DNA of 63,082 nt from a virus (lineage: Duplodnaviria > Caudoviricetes): IMG/VR virus record IMGVR_UViG_3300034402_000018, positions 1-63,082 of that record. One strand, given 5' to 3'. A program made the position numbers and the translations under genes. Within the stretch, counting starts at the first letter, position 1, and the number at the start of each line of letters is the position of its first letter. This document shows, piece by piece, positions 48,101-54,176 of this stretch. The notes below the pieces were generated by a model, which saw only the letters and a program-made list of their open reading frames with translations, made no database searches and was not told the DNA's origin.

Positions 48101-48226
48101 CTCCAGGCGATCGAGGTCGCGGTCGATGGCGTCGTCGTCCAGCCGCAGGCGCATAGTGGCGTCAACGTCGCCCGCGCTTGCCCCTCCGGCCTGGACTATA
48201 TCGTCATCGAACAGCTCGTCTGCCAT
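33179..48226 (-). CDS. Giant tape measure protein (5015 aa) with M23 peptidase domain
   Basis: Follows the tail chaperones; Ala/Leu/Arg/Glu-rich helical sequence. Tape-measure motif FATSTPFNVDELL..KRLLAMG near aa 2460-2650. M23 motifs HTGID, YAHM and STGPHLHFE near aa 4065-4160. Confidence 0.92.
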   Translation of the reverse strand: MADELFDDDIVQAGGASAGDVDATMRLRLDDDAIDRDLDRLEKEVPRRIRVVAEKASREIARLRTEATQSTVAFARYKRVLEDINDLDPDIFKLDAFQKGLITSKTTLQEYQRLADDIFVTMGRKLPSFDTFSLLSRGALSLAKDVGARTRRELQGLRQELVAEFQREIGPALAEIDDSVRKQIGQSLLHAGREVRAGLESNKTALGQAYNAFLTMVEESERSITAAQLAAAAERKRLLSGRSEDLRRTVRENDKAIEELRADRAAILEHPNIQSAEGLGLLRSTAIRRANFDALRQFEQGDRGLRVKSPTFVDPDDDKAVLKEVEASILRIEQHSARASEELHDVEREMRLLNEIDLDEGLNRKLLRAGELLSDLSTQSRAIGEIGHALRSLERLTTAQAVGGVTPKQAAALRNTLLRGLAQDVNSANVTAVDPTGTARRVQLPRNASEMFLRETLKDMERAAPAISAAALKATQQVADQVGQRVGEGTRRALDAWLGTAAAATGTTTVATDALLDLTQLSRSRTPHVLRTIAEFGGSVVDMHTALLALQSDLPRLGAQLRTRQAEAKRLTDQLVRGPDDPDKRARLEQLIVGSKGKEGQLVIAEREHAGALARIASLEAGLAMLEARSLSELGLSDRRLPRPAGAERRFAEFERKLERFEAINRQMLARVDQANLGSEADRFDEQDLALARGQGALAIDRFLVQRGKAALVGVTRTRPLRNPGDPSSKRLVGGLSEIESLKQEIDLETRQFRQLAVKLRGDNVAAATVIDLFDKQQRLAVSIEAKAERLRQASGAAGTFIPADVQSVLDVRDPNRDPLSLSSDALVRRMALMVGRAGAKPPAPRGANEAGLAAFEAEVRRLVAENHTPRIGGEPIQRVIGTLQGFLQRSVASGRPLEGSALALFDDLNKLTADAGFGFAGLGDILHEIEKLRKRQRDVADAVRLFTLNAEAARDEAGREKWLGRIAAEREGLVRMAEQEQAFIGQARASVRRLQAFGPGNQRMLTALSKTLGVDSTRLLLVEARRRGREQQALLSEALNTAIREQDALLARAPKERGPQFASLRDVRHQESLFRLFQEDPQGHEAARRRIAGGDRTLFLMRPVPVAASQARARDLNQSALQDAIEREREEIRARNSIALQVEAEIERQRESGELRRRARARALQGGLSPAPARQLAIDLVGAREAQAALDNSLNKAFKDVQDEVTDAQKALGRLVEGKRAFLQALGPAIRSGALAPAQARARASSAFDADLEGARERVAQAAAELARVRGLKANPSNLQGMAARIVDGDTKRISQAADILSKDEEFVREVEEDLRRDLQADARRRATTEPQVHRVRFNPLSEEVRRRRPVIEANLRRMQALVNDYVQQQPAVVLRALLNNKVPTSTPDDLRDALKILGGRAIIPASPAGFKVATFAKEFSAEIGKQEDLDFDFDALAAQGAHDLASALEKAGLTEFVQDFMRGYVQFRFEDLQRAGISLARSAFLRRFTEGAFGQFQRSPDQEGIDAFDPRNPASGFFLGDTSQQVRIRSGREPKLQEQLRGQQLAELATRQAEMRAAVEGIIREDAAIQALLLAEGQNLQDWEATLAGVHAKLQAAGLAAGGGGLRDVALAQALQRFEGTDHAARLKRLNDQVFKAIGGRIENVQVVEPEGVARLSAPVEEAVERLEAVAKEETKRAVDAAFLTSARMMDVSAGALRNLLQQAVAEAGADPIGRSIVDASGAQQRKIGSLLRALMVDANPVDMVNAVWDKQVLNAQGQLSSVGEIVRRAKSETGRLTREAAGVEKSLAIAEQADTVVALVREGADAFDNALAFNLGAAVLLGKKVAAFYTDGARLLGRVSDDKLEELGNLVAKKRSDFGTELGRATIQRFERIPGGPVQGGATRHIGPPVTDIKLLGAGIRADDAAVMRAAGVHAGEALGEGMTEGAHIGFEGTREEIRTQMRLLITDMEDVLQIKSPSRVTRHIGEAMAAGLLVGFEGYNLGAELLKDIRVTINHIKQAVNAGLVTDADAAVRTFAGGLIDDLEATLLSKRAELAAAAAALLPTAILQKHVDEIEDAIRQVKVAFSTLKTGPTIPVDDFDRVFGGIDKDGKRFSGSLADLQAAARQRNATERQNTLFDVRGKLAAGFDELAILKERRAALEIEGSALQGLLRDGKLVTKEIAAARDRYKEIEVELRKVTGQHDQLEKHLQRQANLERDLTEKTVGERSRAIEIESARINEGAIAARAQATAFANIEDTLARSTHNMTRFERVLQGAVAAARVLKGDLNPLAAVPGVAALAGRGTVPDLLKTGPLDNARAGLDQFDFRTRKYIEQKAAVEKLQVTLKGLRAEQLHLIDSAGGGRATADQVAAYKGLDRAAERVEARIRKLTNETARFEKQGKGNFLGLIPVLGKLGQAVGNVEQKMAGSGFLGGRGGGSLRSGIVGGVIGSALLQASYALRSGLTNIGDALIGFNARMETATVGLRVFVKGGREAARLSEDILKFATSTPFNVDELLGATKRLLAMGVAANEVLPVFRTLGAAVAAVGGDKDTLNRVILAYGQIRAKNVLISQDLRQLAEAGIPAFAILQRELGLTADQVFDIGRQAINSKEGVDALIRGMNRLYGGALLAQMDTFNGRLANFGDVLTIFVGRIGAPLTDELKKFLEGAANLLQDSGMIRAAETLGDLIGGVARRAREGFFSAQDGILSFARLMPTIVDQVGGELKRLQIFLSEMKFNLDPTQGDIGFDFTRSNEISDQMSKVMSEIFQEAQAKAAKSANFGKQVIDLKVSAEHLQIEIAKGKEAGFKTEIEDMLRAQIAQIPNDIADVPVPIKVSGKIVGFEPGSEEDLINGLQGPALDVLKRFLDDLDQRLAVDAEAGRPAATIAARFREVFLSELAKLGDAPSVAQIQAVIDNLGERLKIPNIFEDAEITKLGQDLAALVGEQSNLESQQRALKALQLEDTRRSRAEQQTIEDKTAAIKKLTDAREKEADAARLQIDAVKDRVDDLNFEKRLFNRAADARIFNQEGTIKGFHAQFDPVLKAFEAAHDRASSALEDLRTQQAAVAASFEVANLHEQRVIADLQDERARKEESYASLIDRATAAEKAHAAVVKSAQLDLRENVRLQQEEIDRIEDKYRAELKVRDAAVRGTSKEIKAAQREQNKRDLDFEQRILAARQRGDQEEVKRLQEEKEQSRLNFENDIAARRALLQVQADEAERIRDEAEEQQRAAKERLEDIQRDGARNADRLEREGELLAANREKVEADRDASILATAAKIKVAQAFLDLLGRTKEDVAALQGQELAAAEGAERAAQRQLDTFKSSYDILFEKQGKALDGIKEEKGQFNQTIDEIIDGLNLQIETMERAEKAAQRKSDAVTKPLENELEILKGQFEVADRLRQQEIDRTTDAVANTQTRIDALNKETEAIEKRMAAEKSIKDAAKRVSTETPPPKLPGTEPLSSTQRVQQFVDRNRLDIELAKAQLDLLNGDMETMVALVEKVVRLADRAGLNLSAAEIVEGLIPPDSFVPQVGVDADVVHFLILAAAGGTREELARFFEDPAFLEKLARAVRGTVGEKGEPTATGSGATLERLNAILGSGVFGGSEVEAIRKALGLDAAGAVVAGAATVLDVTGWDKAARDQIGAAYEQSAAAQEITRAARDLQAVARALAPEAVDAVRPIEERIADRVQAVLPPLNLKVPGVVQAFAPLFGTDVQRSAIFSALSPASLGNPVPHEQQKAIRDALVEALKTQEGRDTLREELLAHPEEWRVLLERIGLNDQLRESLKGLLGGIAGPFGPEMQRLANTISEKVAEGLQAGKSVIANATAEGIVEPVQRSVSGLAVEAKEAGAAVPPAVAAGVEEGSPAMRDVVRAQVDAVTRLLMGMPEAAGAAGAGVVGPEGLGVMAGPGAQAAVSQYSQDVIDTMLLAMGISLGDDQPINKAGELAQRLIGPKGLAYLSTDAGQAAIKAVADQFGSSINTSLEESLFGDTTTGDADRGIGFSNLGIRVGQSFIEGILNSVRESASDIKEATEEAMAQATGDADSGVPVRPSTAIGRDGARGGIFPLGPGFSRVTQEFSGTQRGQHTGIDLAAVQGTEIRAYDDGKVRVAGWSTVGYGNLVVVDHDGYSTWYAHMDHLPHKGKTFPWVSVGQHVTKGQVIGYVGSTGKSTGPHLHFEFREGKNPTSQVPVNPRRVLPAVGGADVGGAEPGAGTSTTKIAAARKVLTDMVSIVEEAGGDMSVVIDAFLSGATELAANKLARFSGFARSQMKVAFEALRASAQLLGAGGIEQIRLVLQELGLLPGGKKGAAASGKSVTQQFMEEMFPNGLPRKIEVGLDVGLDEVAIQKAWDDFFARHPGLRDQFAEEELNRAHPERQAIRNVAAATADRTLVPELIALLTANSGKEEIADFLKVIAGAPDDRTLFELQGQLRATPGDPILQRILDILQALGVSRDRITAADIKALLFEGNGSVRNATALVANAILLQLQSAPPGEIDPFVADFLNALRRVEGTRTIGDVQALLVQAKGPFAERLKVLIAMLDPNTTIDALRKLIFEDPELNRLRQAQELGVGAPGDVVNLSAGARRIALGLREFLKGLGTAGIDEPGITAILRQLKEADPNAKIADIISGLPDLPSDDTSSLGRFVARLRELASASPDATLGDVQAGLFADLSDENTTALDRNTLAVELNTAAIAKAAGINIDELWQQVLASNSRLVEHVERIAGSAEETAKNTEDTAEHTEDATPPTPPIPGTPGTPAVPAVPAVPAVPVPGIPAIPGISPESWTGALSDEEQARLGAANRKLDGLRTLEQDLLRAIDAAEKRGDDKLAEQLRARLKRAQAAIENLVGLVDAFEGRELPDMQAALQEMLERVKETSPAADQFKEAADAAVELGVKDAESEQNLIARAQFGIERYRRALEEARRKGDAASAREAKRRLEAAEAEMDRLEREARAREAAAAAPPAPGTTVGGEPVMPRPGPGGPTPFSVGSSFVANITNNVTETHDPHATAAQIANAQTWQLRSLAGTLPREGRG
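33973..34013. repeat. 9-bp tandem repeat (caggcaccg) x4.5 encoding PAV repeats
   Basis: Directly visible in the sequence. Confidence 0.9.
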
Positions 48227-48574
48227 CTACTCCTCGCGCCATTTGCCCCCGGCTTTGATGTACCTCTTCTTCATTTCAGGGGAGATCTCTCCTATGACGC
48301 CCGAAATAACACCTGAGAACTTGCCCTTGCCCGCTATGTCGAGCACCCCGGCGTCCCCTTGCTGCTTGTCTTTCCGGGGTGGGTCGTCACGATGCTGCTC
48401 CTGCTCCTCGTGGCGTTTGATCTCCTCCAGCACCCCCCGGTAGTAGACCCCCTCGTTGAAGCAGTACCACTCGTAGGCGGTCATCTCCCTACGCGGATCT
48501 ACTAACTCTGCGGGGCACACCCCATAGCGTTGGGCCATTCGATCCAGCACCGGCGCCTGTGGACCCTGGACGAA
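48227..48574 (-). CDS. Tail assembly chaperone extension (gpT-like), probably reached by +1 frameshift
   Basis: Overlaps the chaperone 3' end in the +1 frame and has no clear RBS. Reads FVQGPQAPVLDRMAQRYGVCPAE..YCFNE. Confidence 0.65.
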   Translation of the reverse strand, partial: FVQGPQAPVLDRMAQRYGVCPAELVDPRREMTAYEWYCFNEGVYYRGVLEEIKRHEEQEQHRDDPPRKDKQQGDAGVLDIAGKGKFSGVISGVIGEISPEMKKRYIKAGGKWREE

Positions 48575-49040
48575 AATTAGCCAGGGTACCGATGTCAGTT
48601 TGAGAGAGCTGGATGATCATGGTCTTGTCGTAGCTCACCAGCCTCCCCACCCACACGGTATCCTGGGCCTCATCTTTTTCTTCAAGCACCAACTTCGGGG
48701 ACTCGACGAGTGCCACAACCATAGCATCGCGCGCCAGGTCCTGGTCTCGCTTGTGCTCGAGCTCCTCTTCAGGGGTATATTCTTTGTCGGAGATAGAGGG
48801 TGACGCCCCGTCCACAAACCGGTACGCGGCCGCCACCAGGGGGTTCGGGATCTTGCCCGACTGTATGAGGGAATAGAGGTCGAGCCGCCGGAGCGTGACA
48901 CACAGCTTGGAGGGCAGAACGACCAGGTGAGTGCGCTTGAAGTCCGCGACGGATGTCGGGCCCTGAGGCGCCTCTGGTTGGATGTCGAGCTTTTCGCGGG
49001 TATCGACCCTGGCAGGGGTCTTTCTAGCTTTGGTAGCCAT
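48489..49040 (-). CDS. Tail assembly chaperone (gpG-like)
   Basis: Lies between the major tail gene and the TMP. LPS...LRR..L..LI..GKIPNPL; AAGGAG RBS. Confidence 0.8.
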   Translation of the reverse strand: MATKARKTPARVDTREKLDIQPEAPQGPTSVADFKRTHLVVLPSKLCVTLRRLDLYSLIQSGKIPNPLVAAAYRFVDGASPSISDKEYTPEEELEHKRDQDLARDAMVVALVESPKLVLEEKDEAQDTVWVGRLVSYDKTMIIQLSQTDIGTLANFRPGSTGAGAGSNGPTLWGVPRRVSRSA

Positions 49041-49055
49041 CGGTCTCCTTACTAT

Positions 49056-49079
49056 GAAGGGGGCTTTTCGGCCCCCTTC
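49056..49079 (-). terminator. Hairpin after the major tail gene
   Basis: gaagggggc/gcccccttc 9-bp stem with no U-tail on the - strand. Confidence 0.5.
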
Positions 49080-49107
49080 GCTGCTTACTACCAACTACAC
49101 CCGCGGA

Positions 49108-49917
49108 CTATGATACTGTGCGCATGAAGTCCACGGCGTAGGTAGCGCCGCCCGAGGGCACGCCGGGGAGGGCCGCTCCCACGATGTCCGTCTCGGTCTT
49201 CTTCGCCGCCCAGTCGATCTCGAACACCTGCTTGGTGCGGTTGCCGAGGTCGCCTGCCTTGAAAGGCTGTGCGCGGGCCTTGAAGATGGTGATGCGGATG
49301 TCGCGGCCGACTTCCGGCGTCACATCTTCCTGGATCGCGGCCGCGGTGACCACAATCTCGACATAGGCCGGGGTGAACTCGGCGTTATCGCCGAAGTAGA
49401 TGCGCTTCGCCGTACCGTCAGGCAGGGTGCCCAAAGACGAGGTAGCCGCAGCACCCGACCCGGCGCCGCCGGATATGGTGATCGAAGGCGCCGACATGAA
49501 GCCGGAACCGGGGGTCACCACGTTGATAGCGGTGATCACGCCGCCCGAACGCACCGAGCTGAAGGTCGCGCCCGACCCGCCACCGCCAGAGGTACCGATG
49601 GCGGGGGCCGAGGTGTAGCCTGTACCGCCGTTGGTGACGGTGACCGCGGCCACTTCGTCCACGGCGTATTCGACGCCGGTCTTGCCGAAGATCGCCTCGA
49701 TGACGTCGTCGGACCACTTGTCGGCCGTGAATCGCCCGCTGAGGTCCGCGGACATGAATATCTCCTCCGTCTCGTTGTCACCTTCGTAGGTGATGTTCTG
49801 GACGTTGGTAGACATCGTGAAAGAGTTGCCGAAAGGCACATCGACGTAGGTTATCTCGCCGGCCACGTTGTAGCCGACTTTCGTATCCTTGATCGATGCA
49901 ATTCTGTACTTAGCCAT
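49108..49917 (-). CDS. Major tail tube protein with an inserted Gly/Thr-rich domain
   Basis: Synteny; YEGDNE motif; internal VTNGGTGYTSAP repeats. Confidence 0.75.
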   Translation of the reverse strand: MAKYRIASIKDTKVGYNVAGEITYVDVPFGNSFTMSTNVQNITYEGDNETEEIFMSADLSGRFTADKWSDDVIEAIFGKTGVEYAVDEVAAVTVTNGGTGYTSAPAIGTSGGGGSGATFSSVRSGGVITAINVVTPGSGFMSAPSITISGGAGSGAAATSSLGTLPDGTAKRIYFGDNAEFTPAYVEIVVTAAAIQEDVTPEVGRDIRITIFKARAQPFKAGDLGNRTKQVFEIDWAAKKTETDIVGAALPGVPSGGATYAVDFMRTVS

Positions 49918-49928
49918 TTAGTTGCCTC

Positions 49929-50339
49929 CTATAGTCCCACCAGGGAAAACCGGCAGAACATCATGTTTTTGTCCCACCCGCCGTCCGTGAGCTGCCCTGA
50001 CACGTATTCAGCGCGCGCCCGCTGGAACTGCGGAAAGTACGGCTCGGAGGGCGGCACTTTCCACTCGTGGAACCCGCGCCGCAGCTCCTTGATAATTCGT
50101 CGAATGTACCTGTAGCGCCTGATGTGCTCGTCGTAGACGTACATCGTCCAGGACGTGGCGATGACCAGGTTGCCCGCCTCGCCCGAAAACTTCGAGACGA
50201 TAAAGGGTGTCATTGCCTGCCCATCGGGCGATACCTTGGGCCTGGGGAAGTAAGAGTTGATCCCGTCCCCCAGAAGCGTAAGTACGTCAGGCAGCGCCTT
50301 CATGCGGTCGAGCACATGCTCCTCGAGGGTCTCGCGCAT
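49929..50339 (-). CDS. Putative tail terminator
   Basis: Size and position. Confidence 0.55.
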   Translation of the reverse strand: MRETLEEHVLDRMKALPDVLTLLGDGINSYFPRPKVSPDGQAMTPFIVSKFSGEAGNLVIATSWTMYVYDEHIRRYRYIRRIIKELRRGFHEWKVPPSEPYFPQFQRARAEYVSGQLTDGGWDKNMMFCRFSLVGL

Positions 50340-50704
50340 CAGCGCAACACCCCGAGACCAGCCGCCGCGAGCCGCTCCATGAGGATGGGTGCCCACACTT
50401 GCAGGGCCGGCCCCAGAATCGCGAACTCCCCCGCATGGTCGTGCTCAAGAAAGACTATGTAAGGCGCTTCGGACGTGAAGCGAAAGGTGAAGTCCCCCGC
50501 GTACTTGCGGATCACCTGGAGAGTGCGGCGGGCAAAGCCCGTATCGTCGCTCCATAGGGCGTTAGCCTTCATCCACTCAACCACATCGTCCGCCCACTGC
50601 TCGCAGATGCGGCGAGCAAGTGCGCGGCGTGCGGCCTTCACCCGAGCTACTTTTGCTCGCAGCCCGTCGAAGTTCACCCACACGTCGTAACTCGTCACCG
50701 CCAT
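50339..50704 (-). CDS. HK97 gp10-like tail completion protein
   Basis: MKANA.W.D.TG.AR..L, Y.VFLE and G.FAIL.PAL. Confidence 0.75.
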   Translation of the reverse strand: MAVTSYDVWVNFDGLRAKVARVKAARRALARRICEQWADDVVEWMKANALWSDDTGFARRTLQVIRKYAGDFTFRFTSEAPYIVFLEHDHAGEFAILGPALQVWAPILMERLAAAGLGVLR

Positions 50705-50707
50705 CTG

Positions 50708-51106
50708 CTACCTCTTGCGTAAGATCGACTCCCAGTGAGTCGTGAGATTTCGGGTCATCGTGATCTGGTACTTCAGCCCGTCGGGGCGTAGAACAGCATC
50801 GGTGTCGACGATAGGCTCCTCGGGTCCCGAGATCATCAGGTACTCCTTGCGGAACCGCTCTCCTTCGGGCACTATCGAGGAGGTATTGTCCTGGTACGGC
50901 ATCACGATGGCGCCCTTGAGCGGCACCGTGATCGTCTGCACCTCTTCCTCATCGTCGTCCTCGTCCTCTTCCGTATCCCCCTCTTCGGGCAGGTCGTCAT
51001 CGTCCTCGGGAGACGTGTCGATCGTAACCAGCTCGGTGCGCAGGATATTCACGTCCTCGACCCAGCCGGAGAACGAGGCGCGAAACGACGGCATTATGTC
51101 AAACAC
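50708..51106 (-). CDS. Putative head-closure protein with an acidic insertion
   Basis: Position; DGLKYQI-type C-terminus; D/E tract. Confidence 0.55.
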   Translation of the reverse strand: MFDIMPSFRASFSGWVEDVNILRTELVTIDTSPEDDDDLPEEGDTEEDEDDDEEEVQTITVPLKGAIVMPYQDNTSSIVPEGERFRKEYLMISGPEEPIVDTDAVLRPDGLKYQITMTRNLTTHWESILRKR

Positions 51107-51446
51107 CGTGCTCGGCCCCCGCCGCGACCGGGTAAAGGTCCGTGCGCACCACCTCGTCGATCGCCACCTCGGCGCCCCCCTTGCGGGAGAGCGCCCTGTA
51201 GTAGGCCACCCGGCGGAAGACCACCGGCTGTGAGAAACCGAGCAACCCGATGTTGTGCGCCATGAAGTTCACGTCGAGGGAGAAGTACTCCCAGATGTCC
51301 GCGACCGTGCCATTGATGTCCACCGATTCCTGGTAAGAGGCGTCGGTGTTGTCGGCGGCAAACTCGAGGATCTTTTCATCCGGGAGCTTGGTCTCATCGG
51401 GCGTGGTCTTGTTGCGCACCTGGCGGATTATCTCGTCGTCGCTCAC
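51099..51446 (-). CDS. Putative head-tail adaptor
   Basis: Position and size; QVR..T.D....DE.I..F pattern. Confidence 0.55.
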   Translation of the reverse strand: MSDDEIIRQVRNKTTPDETKLPDEKILEFAADNTDASYQESVDINGTVADIWEYFSLDVNFMAHNIGLLGFSQPVVFRRVAYYRALSRKGGAEVAIDEVVRTDLYPVAAGAEHGV

Positions 51447-51455
51447 AGGTCTTGC

Positions 51456-51677
51456 CTACAGCTTGGAATTGATGTTGATGCCGGCCTGGCGCAGCAGCTT
51501 GTTGCGCGTCGCCAGGGGCATGTCCTCGGGCTCCATAGCCTTGATCTGCGAGAAGCGCCCGGCGTCGCCGTTCTGCGCCTCCTGGGCATTCTGCTTGATC
51601 AGCGGCACGCCCTCCTCGAAGATCTTGTGGCTGGTCCGCTTGCGCGGGGCCTTGCCGGATGTGATGTTGTTGGTCAT
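51456..51677 (-). CDS. Hypothetical protein
   Basis: GAGG RBS; coupled to the upstream gene. Confidence 0.6.
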   Translation of the reverse strand: MTNNITSGKAPRKRTSHKIFEEGVPLIKQNAQEAQNGDAGRFSQIKAMEPEDMPLATRNKLLRQAGININSKL

Positions 51678-51884
51678 CTATTTGCCCTCCTCTTGGACGT
51701 CGCTCTGTACGGGCTGCGGCTCCCCGCCATCATTGGTACCGGCAGGGGCGTTCGATCCCACCACAGGCCCGTCGCCGGGAAGCATGGTGTGGGTGCCGAG
51801 GCCGCCCGATGCAGGCACGGCACCTGCATCGGACGCGGGGAGAGGGCCGCCATCGGGGGCGGGCGTAGGCACGTTATCCGCCAT
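51678..51884 (-). CDS. Pro/Gly-rich small protein
   Basis: AAGGAGG RBS before ATG 51884. Confidence 0.55.
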   Translation of the reverse strand: MADNVPTPAPDGGPLPASDAGAVPASGGLGTHTMLPGDGPVVGSNAPAGTNDGGEPQPVQSDVQEEGK

Positions 51885-52275
51885 TGGAGGCCTCCTTCTC
51901 GGCATCGGCTTTCGCCTTGGCATCAGCTTTCGCCTTCGCCTTGCGCTGGGCCGCCGTCATACCCTCTTCACCCTCGCTGCCCTCGCCACCCTCTTCGCCC
52001 TCTTCGCCCTCTTCGCTCTCCTCCCCCTCGTCGGGGTTCTCCGGCTCTTCGGGCCCTTCGGGCCCTTCGGGCTGGGAAACGGTGGCCACCATCTGGGCCT
52101 CGGCCCCTGTCGCCAGGAGCGTTGGCCGCTTGGCGCGCAGGCCGTGGTACTCGGCGGCCTTCATCTCAGCCTGGGCACGGGCCTGCATCGGATCGTCGAC
52201 CTCGATGCCCAGCTTCTTGCAGATGGCAAGAAGCATGTAATAGCTGGACTCTTGGAGGATCTCTGCTTTAGGCAT
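51874..52275 (-). CDS. Acidic low-complexity protein
   Basis: PEG, EEG and KAKAD repeats; directly after the capsid gene. Confidence 0.65.
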   Translation of the reverse strand: MPKAEILQESSYYMLLAICKKLGIEVDDPMQARAQAEMKAAEYHGLRAKRPTLLATGAEAQMVATVSQPEGPEGPEEPENPDEGEESEEGEEGEEGGEGSEGEEGMTAAQRKAKAKADAKAKADAEKEASNGG

Positions 52276-52278
52276 CGG

Positions 52279-53421
52279 TTAGACCCCCTCTCCGTCCCAC
52301 TCGTCGTCGTCCCACTCGGGCGGGTTGTACGAGCCGCCGTCCCAGTTGGAGACCTGCAGCACCACACCGTTACCGCGCTGGCCGATGCCCGCGCCGTAGT
52401 ACTCGTCGAAGTGGACGTTGATGAAGGGGAAGACCGGGTCGTTGTGGACGTGCATGCCCACGAGCGCCGCTATGTTGGGAACGCGGATGATCAGGGGGTT
52501 CGCCCGAGAGCGCACGCCCTGGTGAGAGAAGCCGAAGATGTAGCCGTCCGGCATCTGGTCGGTGACGCAGATCTTGGCGCGGCCCCGGTAGGAGCCGACC
52601 TGCTGCCAGAGAGCATTGACGGGGATCGCCACCGGCACCAGGATCCCCTCCTGGTTGATGTTGACCACGTCATCGGGGATGTCAGGGTCGCGCTCGAAGA
52701 ACTCGGTGACCACCGGGGACCCTACCTCCATCATCAGCTGCGCGGTGTTCTCCGTGGTCAGGAAGACCACGTTCTCCGTGTAGCCGTGCTCCGAGAGGTT
52801 GAGCCAGAAGGCGTCAAGATCCGCCGCCGTAATCACGTCCTCGGTCGCTGTGCGCATGAAGTGATCGTGGTCGACGTCGAAGGTCTTATAGCCGTTGCGC
52901 GGGGGCTTGGTCTCTTCAGTCAGGTCGCCGTTGTAGAACGGCAACTGGGGCACCCGCAGCCGGGACAGCTCATCGACGATGAAGAACGACGTGTTGTCGA
53001 ACACCCGCCGGAAGAGCATGTTGTACTTGAAGAGCTCGTTGGCCTCGACTACCGCGTTGATCTCGGCGCGAATACCCGAGGAGTCGAGGATCAGGATCTC
53101 CGCGTCGCGGGTCCAGCCGAGGTAGGACTCGAAAGCCTCGAGACCCACGGTGACCGTGATGTCTCTCTTCAGCCTGGTCCTCTGGTCGGCCTTACCGTGC
53201 TCGGCGCGGCGCATCCACTTCGCCGTGGCCTGCGTCACCTTATCGCCGTCAGGTTTATTGGTCACGAAACCCATAAACTGCTCGACAATCAGCTGGCGCT
53301 TGCGTATTAAAGCGGTGAGGGTACTCACTTCCTTCCACAGATCGACGACCCGGACACCGTCCGTGGTCATCTTCTGCGCAAGGTCAGAGTGGATAGTGCC
53401 CTCATAGAAAAACTCTGCCAT
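52279..53421 (-). CDS. Major capsid protein
   Basis: 380 aa after scaffold/decoration genes. PPRNG.KTF...HDHF and YYGAGIGQRGNGVVLQ..GSYNPP. Confidence 0.8.
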   Translation of the reverse strand: MAEFFYEGTIHSDLAQKMTTDGVRVVDLWKEVSTLTALIRKRQLIVEQFMGFVTNKPDGDKVTQATAKWMRRAEHGKADQRTRLKRDITVTVGLEAFESYLGWTRDAEILILDSSGIRAEINAVVEANELFKYNMLFRRVFDNTSFFIVDELSRLRVPQLPFYNGDLTEETKPPRNGYKTFDVDHDHFMRTATEDVITAADLDAFWLNLSEHGYTENVVFLTTENTAQLMMEVGSPVVTEFFERDPDIPDDVVNINQEGILVPVAIPVNALWQQVGSYRGRAKICVTDQMPDGYIFGFSHQGVRSRANPLIIRVPNIAALVGMHVHNDPVFPFINVHFDEYYGAGIGQRGNGVVLQVSNWDGGSYNPPEWDDDEWDGEGV

Positions 53422-53443
53422 TACGGTCTCCTTCTATTGAGGG

Positions 53444-54157
53444 CTAAAGGGTAGTAGCTCGCTCTATGCGAACCCGAATTCCGTTGGCCTTATCACCCGC
53501 TTTATTGCGAGCGGTACTCACCCGATACGCACGACCGATGAATTGCTTCAACTTGCCGGTACCCGTGGGCACTACGCGCTGTGCAGCCCCCGGCACGGTA
53601 ATTGAGAGCCACACCGCATCGGGTGGTACAAGGCCTGCCAGTTGGCCGGAGTCGGTTTTGAACCCGTTGATACGAGCCATGTCCCAAACTGCATCAAAAG
53701 CCCCGGCCTTCATATCCTTGAGAACCATGCCCAACGCTTCGAGCTGGGTGTAGGTCTCCGCGGTGAGCACTGCCGTCGCTGCCGCGCCGGTGCCACCCCC
53801 GCCGGAGAAACCGATTGTGGGAACCGAGGTAAACCCGGACCCTGGGTTGGATACTGTAACTGCCGTGATCACGCCGGCTACGCGAGTGACGCCTGCTGCC
53901 GCGCCGGTGCCCCCACCACCCGTGATGGTGACCGTGGGGTCGGACGTATAGCCCGAGCCACCGTTGGTGACCTCAATGGTCGCCAAGCCCTTGCCGGTGA
54001 GACCGCCAAAGGCCTTGTACCAGCGCACGACAGAGTCCTCACCCTGCCGCATACCTACAAGGTCGCAGGCTTTGACATCCTCGCCAATCTCCATAGAGGG
54101 GTACTCCACATTGGGCATGACCCCCTTCAGAGTGGCGACTGAGCCGTTTTGTCCCAT
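53444..54157 (-). CDS. Putative capsid decoration/cement protein with an inserted Gly/Thr-rich domain
   Basis: Between scaffold and capsid; GEDVKACDLV and VWLS...PG...QFIGRA. Confidence 0.6.
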   Translation of the reverse strand: MGQNGSVATLKGVMPNVEYPSMEIGEDVKACDLVGMRQGEDSVVRWYKAFGGLTGKGLATIEVTNGGSGYTSDPTVTITGGGGTGAAAGVTRVAGVITAVTVSNPGSGFTSVPTIGFSGGGGTGAAATAVLTAETYTQLEALGMVLKDMKAGAFDAVWDMARINGFKTDSGQLAGLVPPDAVWLSITVPGAAQRVVPTGTGKLKQFIGRAYRVSTARNKAGDKANGIRVRIERATTL

Positions 54158-54176
54158 ATTGCCTCCGTGGGCTCGC

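Noticed and set aside
33263-48443. Many long + strand ORFs opposite the TMP and structural genes
   Set aside because: These are expected antisense ORFs in GC-rich, codon-biased DNA, with no RBS or motifs.
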